Counted from the stretch's first letter, positions 18,081 through 26,759 are shown. The stretch is 32,866 bases of DNA from Candidatus Hodarchaeota archaeon (GCA_016839815.1 JAEOTM010000150.1:1-32866); one strand, 5' to 3'. Program-made: numbers and translations. Notes: generated by a model not told the origin, from the sequence alone.

Positions 18081-19871
18081 GTGATTCTATATCGAATAAA
18101 TATCTCGCGGTTGAGAGAAATGTTAAGACGGAAGAAATCAAAATGGTTAACTGCAGTCTCAACTGCACAATCACCTATTCAGCTTGGTAAATTTTCTTCC
18201 AACACGGATAAAATGACTGTTATTGCCTTTATTTATGAGAAAATTCAACAAGAAGAATTGAACGGACTTTTAGATTATAATAATGTCTATTTCATTCCAA
18301 AATCATATATTTACCAGAAAATTCAACTGTTTCTTGACACACAGGGGATGGTAGATATATGTGAGTTAATAGATCTATTGAATGTTCAGGGAAAATTGCT
18401 CGAGCCTATCATTTACGAATTCGTACAACAAATAGATGGTTTTTTCGATTTAATTAATCGGAGATTTTTCACAAAAACAGGTGCAATAACATTCATAAAC
18501 AAAATACTTGGAAATTCTCCAACTCACGATCTTGAATATGTATTAAATCAAATTTATTGGACAGATGATCAGTTAGAAGCTGTTTTAGACATAATGGCTG
18601 AAAAAGATTTATTTAGGGGTTATATTGATCCTTTAAAGCAGCGTTTATACAATTTTAAATTCGTAAAATTTTCAAAATTTTCACAGAATGAGCGCTCACT
18701 AAGAATGCTAACTCGATATATAAATACGAGTTTTAAAATATCCTCCGAAGTATCTTTAACTGATATAACAAGACTTACAAAGCTATCCAGAGAAGATGCA
18801 TCAAATTTTCTGGAGATAATTAAAAGCGAAGTGAGTTTTCTTCGGTCCCAGAATAATGCCTATATTTATTCCACAATCGATATTATTTCCCAGATTTTGT
18901 GGGATATTTATGTTTACCAAGATATTCCTTTAGATTTCTGGGTTGCTAGGTTTGATCTCGCATTTGACGAACTATACAGTTTATTGGTGGTCCTAAATAA
19001 TAGTTTTAAGGGGAGTTTATCATATAGTGAGATAAAAAGTGTGAATCTCATTTCGTGGTTTGAACAGGGAATTGATATTGAGGGATTAGCAGGAAATTTG
19101 AATTTAAACACCTTAGAACTATTGAAAATGATTCGGACTATTTCTCACCAATTAAAACTTCGCTTAGTTGCGGGGGATTCAAGAAATCCTTTTCTAGTAA
19201 AAGGAATTCAAGATCTAGAGATTTTTTGCCAAATTGATACCTCCTCATACACTAATCCATCAATCTACTTCGAATGTCAAAACTGTAGAAGAGTGATGTG
19301 CTCTAATTGCAGAAATATTGATAGTACACATGAATGTCCATTCTGTGGGAACATTTCTGCATTTATAATCGATTTACCTAGGAACTGTCCTTCTTGTCAA
19401 CTGACGTATGCTTATTCATATAATCTTGAAACAACAGAAGAATGCTATTTCTGTAGACAAGGTCCTTTAGAATCTGGGTGGTTCTCTTCTGATCAAAAAA
19501 TGTTAAGCCTTAGTTCAACTGAAAATCAATTAGTTAATTATATTCATAATAGTCAATCAACAGTCTTTACTCTTAATCAGATAGTTGAGTTCATTGGTCA
19601 ATCATCAAATTTGGTTATAAAAATATTGGAAAAACTCATTACTCACCAGTTTATTGTAGGACATATTAATATCAAAAAAATGCAGTTTGTTCTTAAGAAG
19701 ACTTACGTATCTTTTGAATGTGTTGTTTGTAATTGGGTCAAAACAGATCAGAAGAAATTCGTGTGCAATTTTTGCAATGCAGAAGTGTGTGAAGCTTGTT
19801 TTCAAGGAATGGAGTCTGTTGGAATGATCGATTGTCCTGAATGTGGTTCTCAACTTGAGCTACATCAGTAA
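18081..19871 (+). CDS. Winged-helix (PCI-like) repeat protein with two RING-like Cys clusters; candidate E3 ligase
   Basis: Repeats ending LNGLLD / IDGFFD / FRGYID / IVGHIN; Cys clusters CxxD-x12-CxxC-x4-CxxC-x8-CxxC and CxxC-x11-CxxC-x4-CxxC-x11-CxxC, plus a CxxC-x15-CxxC ribbon. ATG 18120 is an alternative start. Confidence 0.7.
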   Translation: MILYRINISRLREMLRRKKSKWLTAVSTAQSPIQLGKFSSNTDKMTVIAFIYEKIQQEELNGLLDYNNVYFIPKSYIYQKIQLFLDTQGMVDICELIDLLNVQGKLLEPIIYEFVQQIDGFFDLINRRFFTKTGAITFINKILGNSPTHDLEYVLNQIYWTDDQLEAVLDIMAEKDLFRGYIDPLKQRLYNFKFVKFSKFSQNERSLRMLTRYINTSFKISSEVSLTDITRLTKLSREDASNFLEIIKSEVSFLRSQNNAYIYSTIDIISQILWDIYVYQDIPLDFWVARFDLAFDELYSLLVVLNNSFKGSLSYSEIKSVNLISWFEQGIDIEGLAGNLNLNTLELLKMIRTISHQLKLRLVAGDSRNPFLVKGIQDLEIFCQIDTSSYTNPSIYFECQNCRRVMCSNCRNIDSTHECPFCGNISAFIIDLPRNCPSCQLTYAYSYNLETTEECYFCRQGPLESGWFSSDQKMLSLSSTENQLVNYIHNSQSTVFTLNQIVEFIGQSSNLVIKILEKLITHQFIVGHINIKKMQFVLKKTYVSFECVVCNWVKTDQKKFVCNFCNAEVCEACFQGMESVGMIDCPECGSQLELHQ

Positions 19872-19877
19872 AGTGTG

Positions 19878-20771
19878 CTACACATCTTGCTGAGCTTTTA
19901 ATTTCGCAAGCTTTGAGGAATATTTGTCTGTTAACTCTTTATACTGTTTTTCGGTAATTTTCCCTGCTAAGAACATCTCATCGGCTTGTTCGAGCATTGT
20001 TTCGAATTTTTTTATTTTCTCCGAGGTCTCATCTAATTGTTTCCGTTCTTCTGCTAATTCCTGTTGTGTTTCAATTATTTGCTTTTCAATTTCATATGTC
20101 AGAAGAGTTTCATATTCCTCGGGCACTTTAAATCCACCGATATCTAAACCTACCAACTCCAATCCCCATCGTGAACTTTCAGGGCCTAATTCGGATCTAG
20201 TTTGAATTTCAAGACTTCTTCTTTCTTTCAATAATTCTGGAACGGTATAACGTGTCATGACATGTTTTACTGCTGCAATAATTGTCTGTTTAACCCAGTT
20301 TTTTAATTCGTTTCCGCTGTAATACTGTTTATGAGATACAACGTTCATTATAAAATTCCTAGGATTAACTATTCTCATCCGTGAGATACCCCAACACCCT
20401 ACCATTACATTATCAGAAGTATATATCCCAGGTGTTCCCCACTTTATAATAAATTCACGTTTGGTTACCCAAATAATTTCACTCCCTGGATGTTTTGCCG
20501 ATTTCTCTAACTGATATATTCCGCTCCCTGCAACGCCGATTAACACTCCTGACTGTAATAAGACTGCATTTTCTGGCTCTTTTACAATAAAACCATCGAT
20601 CTTCCTAAAATTATCATTTTCTTCTGCTTTCACTCTGTGAATCAAAGATTCACTTGACGATTCATCAAATTTTGAACTCAAAATAGTTTTACCTTTGAAT
20701 TTCCTGGTTCCAATATGAATAGTGTCTCCAATTTTTCGGAATAAACCCCCAAATTTATCTGTTTCCGCCAT
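19878..20771 (-). CDS. SPFH/Band-7 domain protein (YdjI-like) with coiled coil and SHOCT-like tail
   Basis: IVKE.E.AV..SG......G.Y.L, IKWGT, RI.NPRNF, WGLEL....I....PEE; tail AGKITEKQY..L; no obvious TM helix. Confidence 0.85.
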   Translation of the reverse strand: MAETDKFGGLFRKIGDTIHIGTRKFKGKTILSSKFDESSSESLIHRVKAEENDNFRKIDGFIVKEPENAVLLQSGVLIGVAGSGIYQLEKSAKHPGSEIIWVTKREFIIKWGTPGIYTSDNVMVGCWGISRMRIVNPRNFIMNVVSHKQYYSGNELKNWVKQTIIAAVKHVMTRYTVPELLKERRSLEIQTRSELGPESSRWGLELVGLDIGGFKVPEEYETLLTYEIEKQIIETQQELAEERKQLDETSEKIKKFETMLEQADEMFLAGKITEKQYKELTDKYSSKLAKLKAQQDV

Positions 20772-20780
20772 ACTATATAC

Positions 20781-21800
20781 CTACCAATCGTCGTCTCCAT
20801 ATAATCCTGGAAAGTAGTACTGATCTCCTGAATCGAGCGAGGATACCTTTCGTGCGATTTTTTGACTGACAAGACTCTCTAATACTCTCATAACACGTTG
20901 CTGATCCCATTTAGAATGCATCATGACTTCCTCAATTGTGACGTACCCTTTCTTAATTGCTAGATTAAATATATTCCTTGCATCTTTTCCAAGGGTTACA
21001 GGTGTAAACTCGACAATCTTTATCCCAGATTGAGTTGAAACACCCTCGATCAACGATTGCTTAGTGAGTTGTTTACAAGCCTTTTCTAAATCTTTCAATG
21101 TGAACTCCAAATCTGGAATTTGATTTTTTAAGGAAGTATATAGATTTGCCATTGAAATATAACCACCTGAACTTGCACGTAAGGTTTTTCCTTGTTCAAG
21201 GGTTAAATCAGCTAGATTATCGATAAACTTTCCTTTTCCGAAAATTTTGGGCTTTTTAGTCGCATCTAATGCGGTGATTGTGAGAGTTCGTCCCTCTTTT
21301 CGTAGTAACTCGCTTTCTAGTTGTTTAATTCGGGAATCATATTTCTTTTGTAAGTTCTTAATCCCCTCTGTTGAGACTGGTGAGCCATTTGCCAGTTTGT
21401 TTTGCACTTGTACTACATCTTCTAATCGTAAGATTTGCTCACGAAGATCTAAAAGTTCATTACGGAAATCTAATTCCATATTTCCAAATTCAAGATCTTC
21501 AGTCAATTTTTTGGATCGATCTGAGATTTGATCACAGAGAATTGCTGCGAGTAATTGTGCAACACGGATTTCTCCACTTTCCTTTAGGTTAGAAAATTTT
21601 TTATCTGGGTGTAGAATCATATCTGGTACAGATTCACTAAGATATTGAATCTCTTGAAACTGTGTATAAGATTTAATAACCAGGTCCGATAAATGTTTTA
21701 CTTTAATGGAAGCAGCATTACTCAATTGATTAAGCGCATTACTTGCAAGTTGGTATTTTTCTCTCAAAGTAAGAGTCACCAGTTTAATTCTTTCTGACAT
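20781..21800 (-). CDS. ESCRT-II Vps22/36 (EAP30/SNF8)-like protein with long N-terminal helical/coiled-coil extension
   Basis: GGYISM..L, DLEKACKQL, P..L.KD...I..LA..KGYVT..E......W...R....L..L, QYYFPGL match the tandem winged helices of SNF8/Vps22. Confidence 0.88.
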   Translation of the reverse strand: MSERIKLVTLTLREKYQLASNALNQLSNAASIKVKHLSDLVIKSYTQFQEIQYLSESVPDMILHPDKKFSNLKESGEIRVAQLLAAILCDQISDRSKKLTEDLEFGNMELDFRNELLDLREQILRLEDVVQVQNKLANGSPVSTEGIKNLQKKYDSRIKQLESELLRKEGRTLTITALDATKKPKIFGKGKFIDNLADLTLEQGKTLRASSGGYISMANLYTSLKNQIPDLEFTLKDLEKACKQLTKQSLIEGVSTQSGIKIVEFTPVTLGKDARNIFNLAIKKGYVTIEEVMMHSKWDQQRVMRVLESLVSQKIARKVSSLDSGDQYYFPGLYGDDDW

Positions 21801-22105
21801 TTAAGATTAGAAATGAATACACTTGATTTCAATGACTTAAATGCGTCAATATCCGTTATTCACATTTGTGACGATTTTTAACCTTTTAAAGCTTTATATT
21901 CAGGTGTATTCCGAAAGATCTATCATTATTCTAGCCTTATTGACTTCTTCTTACAAAAAAATCGAGCCTAGATTGTACAGAGGAAGGTTAAGTGTGTAAA
22001 TCATCACTTCAAGCAGATGACTTGGGTAGAATGACAATCTCCATCGCATCAGTATTCCCAAAAGAATTTAATCAGGGACTTTTAATCAAATTTACGATTC
22101 TTAAG

Positions 22106-22600
22106 TTAATCATTTTTCTTAACTTTTTGAGCCATTAAGTATGCCCCTTCCATATCCCGATAATAATGGCGTAGCTCTTTCAAGATTTTATAACCTAAGG
22201 ATTCATACAGCTTCACAGCTGCTGAATTCGAAATTCTAACCTCTAAGAATAGCTCTTCCGCTCCATATTCTTTCATACCCGAAGTTGAAGCATCAATTAG
22301 CTGTGTTGCAATTTTATTTCGTCTATATTCAGGTAACACAGCAATACTTACAGTATGACCCTTCTTAGCCCTGTGAAAAATTGAAAAAAGACTCAATCCA
22401 CTCTCTATTCGGCCCATTGTATATCCAACAATGGTGCCTTCTACTTCTGCTAGAACAAACCCTTTCGGGCATTCGGCAAAAATTGTCCTAAAAAAACCCT
22501 CGGGATAATTTTCTGGTAAACATTTTCGATTTATATCAATTACATTGTCAAGATCTTTAAGATCGAAATAGCGGATAATCACTGAAGTCTGCTCGGTCAT
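22106..22600 (-). CDS. ard1: Ard1/Naa10-like N-terminal acetyltransferase (GNAT)
   Basis: INRKCLPENY, GHTVSIAV.PEYRR, LEVRISN..A..LY..LGY, YYRD.E.AY.M. Confidence 0.92.
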   Translation of the reverse strand: MTEQTSVIIRYFDLKDLDNVIDINRKCLPENYPEGFFRTIFAECPKGFVLAEVEGTIVGYTMGRIESGLSLFSIFHRAKKGHTVSIAVLPEYRRNKIATQLIDASTSGMKEYGAEELFLEVRISNSAAVKLYESLGYKILKELRHYYRDMEGAYLMAQKVKKND

Positions 22601-22773
22601 AAGCTACCCCTGGTTTCGGCTTCCTTCTTCATACGACGACGATAGTGTGCATATTTGTCATGTAAAGAAAATTTTGGCGGATAAACAGTTTTAAAGGGTT
22701 TTTTGCATAAATCACAAATTTCTAGGGATTGATTCATTGTATACCTGCATTCACATTGTTTTAGAAGACGCAT
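22597..22773 (-). CDS. nop10: H/ACA RNP subunit Nop10 (not in the ORF track)
   Basis: Manual translation MRLLKQCECRYTM....ICDLCKKPFKTVYPPKFSLHDKYAHYRRRMKK...; conserved position after aIF2-alpha; ATGA overlap with ard1. Confidence 0.93.
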   Translation of the reverse strand: MRLLKQCECRYTMNQSLEICDLCKKPFKTVYPPKFSLHDKYAHYRRRMKKEAETRGSL

Positions 22774-22802
22774 TCGTATCCCTAAATTATCATAAAGATG
22801 GT

Positions 22803-23588
22803 TTATTTTCTTTCAAACGAAACTTCTACGTCATGTCCTCTCAGACTATCTTGGACTTCTTTTTGGACATTTTTCCAAACAGTTTCAGCTGTTTTCCAAT
22901 CAGCACTCTCAATTGTACACCTATAATCTGGAGGAGAAATTACCTGCATATATAAATCTGAACTTTTATGCTTCTTTTTAAAAGCCTGTTTGTATTTCTT
23001 GAAAAAGTCAGAAAGTACAACAGCTCCATCCGAATCATAACATGTTACAGAAATTTTACCCAGTAATTTTACTGTAGGAGGTTGTAATTCTTTAACAGCT
23101 AGATCATACAGCACTTTCGCGACTTTTTCGGAAATATCTATTTTTGTTAATATTTTTGCCGTTTTTTCCCGAAGTTGAAGGAGAGCTTCGTAAATCGATC
23201 CGTAATGAGAGAGTAGGATTTTCTCAACTTTTTCTGTTTCAATCTCCGTCTTTTCACAAGCAACAGCCACTATACCTCTTGCTCGATTCTCTTGCTTGAG
23301 CTCCGTTAGCTTAGTCCGTCTTTGAGGTTCAGAAACTCTCCGAATAGACATATCTATTTCTCCCCGGGCCGAATCTATACGCAAAATCTTAGCTACTACT
23401 CTCTGCCCTTCTCGAACTTGACTTCTAATATTTCTAACCCAAGTACGACTTAGCTCTGAAATATGCACAAATCCTGCTTCGGTTCCAAGGCCTTCATAAT
23501 CAAAAATCTCAAAATAAGCACCATGGGGAGTTACTTTGGAACAGGATCCAACAACTAATTCTCCGACAGCAGGAAATTTAGATTCCAT
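22803..23588 (-). CDS. eif2a: Translation initiation factor 2 alpha subunit
   Basis: FPAVGELVV, S1 domain HISELSRTWVRNIR..VREGQ.VV.K..RID...G.IDMS.RRV, PP.YR. Confidence 0.97.
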   Translation of the reverse strand: MESKFPAVGELVVGSCSKVTPHGAYFEIFDYEGLGTEAGFVHISELSRTWVRNIRSQVREGQRVVAKILRIDSARGEIDMSIRRVSEPQRRTKLTELKQENRARGIVAVACEKTEIETEKVEKILLSHYGSIYEALLQLREKTAKILTKIDISEKVAKVLYDLAVKELQPPTVKLLGKISVTCYDSDGAVVLSDFFKKYKQAFKKKHKSSDLYMQVISPPDYRCTIESADWKTAETVWKNVQKEVQDSLRGHDVEVSFERK

Positions 23589-23598
23589 TAATTATCAC

Positions 23599-23793
23599 CT
23601 ATTTATTGTCTAGTATTTCAATAACTTCTCCAAACAATCGTGTTATCCCTGAACGGGGTTCTGCCAGTACTTTCCCACATACTCGACAATTTACATGTGT
23701 AGTAGCATGAGAAAAAATTTCCTGGACATTTCCGCATTCACACGAGATTTTTAGGAAATTTGATCGGGGTTGAGGAATATACTTCTTTTTCAT
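23599..23793 (-). CDS. rps27e: 30S ribosomal protein S27e
   Basis: PQPRSNFLKISC.CGN.Q.IFSHA...V.C.VCG..LAEP..G. Confidence 0.97.
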   Translation of the reverse strand: MKKKYIPQPRSNFLKISCECGNVQEIFSHATTHVNCRVCGKVLAEPRSGITRLFGEVIEILDNK

Positions 23794-24416
23794 TTTCTTT
23801 CACCAAGAGTTTTTTCTTCGGGGGTTTCTATTAAACGAGCAACTCCACGTGCTATTAAGGCAGTTGCATTTTCTAAGGGGAGGTTTATGATGTCATATTT
23901 TTGTAAAGGTCCATACGATGAATCATCCAAACCAATGAATGCTTCGACATCATAAAGCATTCTGACAGTTGAATATTCAAGCACAGTAAATTTCTTTTCA
24001 CTATTTTCATGAAAGGGGTCTAAAACTGTATTGGAATTTTCAATTTGGTCTATTTCGGGTGAAACTTCCAATCCATCTAAAATGTTTGGTTTCTCAATGC
24101 CAATCGTTTCCATCGAGAGTCTTAAATTGTCTACTATTCTTTGTTCTCCCCATGTTAATGCGTTATTATCAAAAAAAATATTATTAATCACTAAGTTTAC
24201 GATCTTAACGAGCCTTATACGCACTATATCCTTCCTAATAAATAATATCCTTTCTAAAACTGAATTTGCAATATTAGTATTAGATGATTTCTGAATATCT
24301 GATTTTAATTTGGCAAGTAATCCGTCAAGGGAAACATACAAATCTTTAGGTATGTTACAAAGCGAAGAAGTTGATCTTTCATTTTTCCACAACAGAATCA
24401 GATCATTGTAGTCCAA
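23790..24416 (-). CDS. GINS complex subunit (Gins51/15 type, A-B domain order)
   Basis: W..ER....L..IP.D.Y, RL.KI, LT..E, C-terminal VR.L.DV.AFIG.D...YGP....D...LP..NA..L..RG.A; TTG start with GAGGAG SD. Confidence 0.92.
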   Translation of the reverse strand: MDYNDLILLWKNERSTSSLCNIPKDLYVSLDGLLAKLKSDIQKSSNTNIANSVLERILFIRKDIVRIRLVKIVNLVINNIFFDNNALTWGEQRIVDNLRLSMETIGIEKPNILDGLEVSPEIDQIENSNTVLDPFHENSEKKFTVLEYSTVRMLYDVEAFIGLDDSSYGPLQKYDIINLPLENATALIARGVARLIETPEEKTLGERK

Positions 24417-24644
24417 AAAATCTCCTCAAAAAATTAAGCTTGAATTTGTATACGGATATTTCTTCATATTCCCTGAAAAGCCATATTCAAATAAAGGTAA
24501 AATATCTGATGGATGAGATTCAATCTGCCTTTTATTATAACTCTTGAAGGGATTTATCACTAAGGGAAAATCCGGAGAATTTAACGTTTTTTTATCAATA
24601 AATAAATTTGAATAAATAAAAAGAGGGGAGCGATTTAATGATGA

Positions 24645-24811
24645 AGCCACTGGTGGGAATTTCAAATAGAATTCCGAGAAATACTATTTTTTGAACCCAC
24701 GACATCCTCCTGTCTGGTTCTCAACAGATTTAGCTGTGAGTAGTACCAAGGAGGCGCTATAACCGTGCTTCGCCGAGATGATCTTAAGAAAATCTCATAA
24801 GCCACAGTGGC
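24645..24811 (-). tRNA. tRNA-Thr(GGT) with three introns (D arm, 29 nt; 37/38, 32 nt; 59/60, 31 nt)
   Basis: Acceptor GCCACTG/CAGTGGC with U73; anticodon stem CCTCC/GGAGG with GGT at 24747-24745; T stem GTGGG/CCCAC. Removing 24769-24797, 24712-24743 and 24659-24689 gives a 75-nt cloverleaf. BHB motifs are clear at introns 2 and 3. CCA is not encoded. Confidence 0.92.
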
Positions 24812-25176
24812 AATCAAATCTTCCACTTAATTGGAATTCAGCATGAGTAGAAGTCTATGGAAACTCCGATGTTGAGTATTTTAGAATGTTTTTACGGTTA
24901 CCTAGAGAGATTTACTGAGAGAAGTATGGATTCTTTCCACCAAATTTCCACCAAATTTCATAAACGCTTTAAATTTTTACCTTAAAAGAGTGAAATCTGA
25001 ATACTCAAACTCACCTTCGTAAGTTATCTATCGAAAGCAGCCAATTTTTATTTGAAAACTGCTTTTGAGAATAAAAAGGAATATTTAAGACCTTCAGATC
25101 GTAGATACAAAATGAAAATATGTACAAGTCTTTATGGAACAGTTATTGATATTTCAAGTAATTTTTTGGTGTACAA

Positions 25177-26019
25177 GTGATGGTAGAGTCGTTACTAAAC
25201 CTAATCCTCCTCTTTATTGCAATTTTTCTATTATTTCTTGGAGCTTTACAAGATTGGAAAACTCGAGAGATTGTAGATTGGATCTGGGTGGTAATGATTG
25301 TAAGTGGATTCATAATTCATCTGTTACTGATTATTATACTGTTGATGGATAGCACAGAAGCCTTAGAAGACCTAAAAATGTATCTTATCCCTTGGTTGGG
25401 TGGTATTATTTTTGCGCTATTTCTAGCAGTATTTTACTCATTGACTGGATTAGGAGGAGAGGCTGATAGAATAGCATTTATTGCCATTGCATTCATCTCA
25501 CCTGTTCAATTACCCTTATTCTCACTTCTTGATCCAAAATATGATGCACTTATATCCATTATTCCCAGAATATTCAATGTATTCTGCAATACATATATTT
25601 TAAGTATTTCTGTTCCACTCCTCCTCTTCTTCTATAATCTAGTCCGTAGAAACACTGGTAATCAGACTATATACGCCTTAAACAAACCAATCCTCACAAA
25701 AATTGGTTTGTATTTCATTGGATATCCCCGTTACACTAAAGGGATTTTAGAGGAAATTAAAAAAAAACCTTGGCATTTTGACTTTCTCGAATTATATGAC
25801 GAAATCTATGGCTGGATATTTGATTTCCGAATCGGTTTAGGAACGCCAGAAGAAGATTTTTCTAGATTAGTGGAGATCGCAAAAAAGACTCAAACTCACA
25901 ATAAAGAATCAATCTGGGTTCAACCATCTTTCCCACTAATGGTTTTTTTTCTTCTTGGATTTTTAACTGAAATACTAGTAGGAAATCTCATGCTGATCCT
26001 GTTATCGTCGTTTTTTTAA
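25177..26019 (+). CDS. A24-family prepilin/prearchaellin peptidase (FlaK/PibD-like)
   Basis: Catalytic Asp motifs DWKTREI.D and GLGGEAD, multiple TM helices, C-terminal WVQPSFPLMVF..LG. Confidence 0.88.
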   Translation: MMVESLLNLILLFIAIFLLFLGALQDWKTREIVDWIWVVMIVSGFIIHLLLIIILLMDSTEALEDLKMYLIPWLGGIIFALFLAVFYSLTGLGGEADRIAFIAIAFISPVQLPLFSLLDPKYDALISIIPRIFNVFCNTYILSISVPLLLFFYNLVRRNTGNQTIYALNKPILTKIGLYFIGYPRYTKGILEEIKKKPWHFDFLELYDEIYGWIFDFRIGLGTPEEDFSRLVEIAKKTQTHNKESIWVQPSFPLMVFFLLGFLTEILVGNLMLILLSSFF

Positions 26020-26234
26020 AGAGGGAGAATTTTTCTAAAGATTTCAATTTTTGAAATAGAAATCACCTTTTTCACTGCCCTAGTGTGTTATTTGCACAAG
26101 CTTGAATTTAGAATTGAGTTCCTGTTAGAACGACCAAAAAAATTTCGAACTCGGATTGATTAATAAGCTAAATTTATTAAGAATTAATCTTGCATTGGTA
26201 TACGGAGACAAAATTTATTTAATTTTCTCTGAAC

Positions 26235-26759
26235 TTGGAAAAAGACACCCAGGAGATTACTAGTTTGATAGATCCACGAAGGTTTGACAGTGTACTCAGT
26301 AAAATCATAAAAAGTGAACCCGGTATTCGAAAGATTATTCTAGTCGACCGAACTGGTCTAACAATTGCGCATGTATCCAAGTTTAGTTATGTATCTGTCG
26401 ATGTTGATGGTATCGGGGCAATTGCCTCAGCAGTCTTCATGGCATCTGCAGAACAAGGATCTAATCTGACAATTGGCGGTTTGGATATCGTTACTTCAGA
26501 GTTTGATACAGGGAAGATCTTTGCTAGTGCATGTGGTAGAGGAATTTTAACAATTATTTCGGATGCAGAGGTCAATATAGGTATGATCCGCTTACTCATG
26601 AGAAAAGCGAACGAAGAGCTAAGCTCAATTCTTGATGAGTTTTTAGCAGGACAACCCTCTCGGACATTGCCTGGAACTCCTTCTAAAGCACCTGAAGTTC
26701 GTACTGGGCTTGAGAAAGATGAACTTGAAGCCGCACTACGAGAACTTGAAAAATTCTAA
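26235..26759 (+). CDS. Roadblock/LC7 protein (MglB-like) with linker and C-terminal helix
   Basis: ILVDRTGLTIA, IGAIASA, VNIGMIRL; directly upstream of an MglA-like GTPase. Confidence 0.9.
   Translation: MEKDTQEITSLIDPRRFDSVLSKIIKSEPGIRKIILVDRTGLTIAHVSKFSYVSVDVDGIGAIASAVFMASAEQGSNLTIGGLDIVTSEFDTGKIFASACGRGILTIISDAEVNIGMIRLLMRKANEELSSILDEFLAGQPSRTLPGTPSKAPEVRTGLEKDELEAALRELEKF

Noticed and set aside
13701-19871. Interpretation as a bacterial-type antiviral E1-E2-JAB system (CBASS/Bil-like) or a sulfur-carrier pathway
   Set aside because: No CD-NTase, effector or Moco/thiamine genes are nearby, and the E1, E2 and JAMM motifs are of the eukaryote-like type.
21801-22105. 300-bp intergenic region with GTGATGA and CTGA motifs and a short minus-strand ORF
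   Set aside because: Box spacing is atypical and the ORF has no recognisable features.
24426-24665. 79-aa ORF from the ORF track
   Set aside because: It overlaps the tRNA 3' end, has no motif and spans the likely terminator/promoter region.
9602-24811. thrS and tRNA-Thr in the same window
   Set aside because: They are 13 kb apart on opposite strands, so this is probably coincidental.
24934-24959. Tandem TTTCCACCAAA x2
   Set aside because: Only two copies with no spacers; not a CRISPR array or iteron set.
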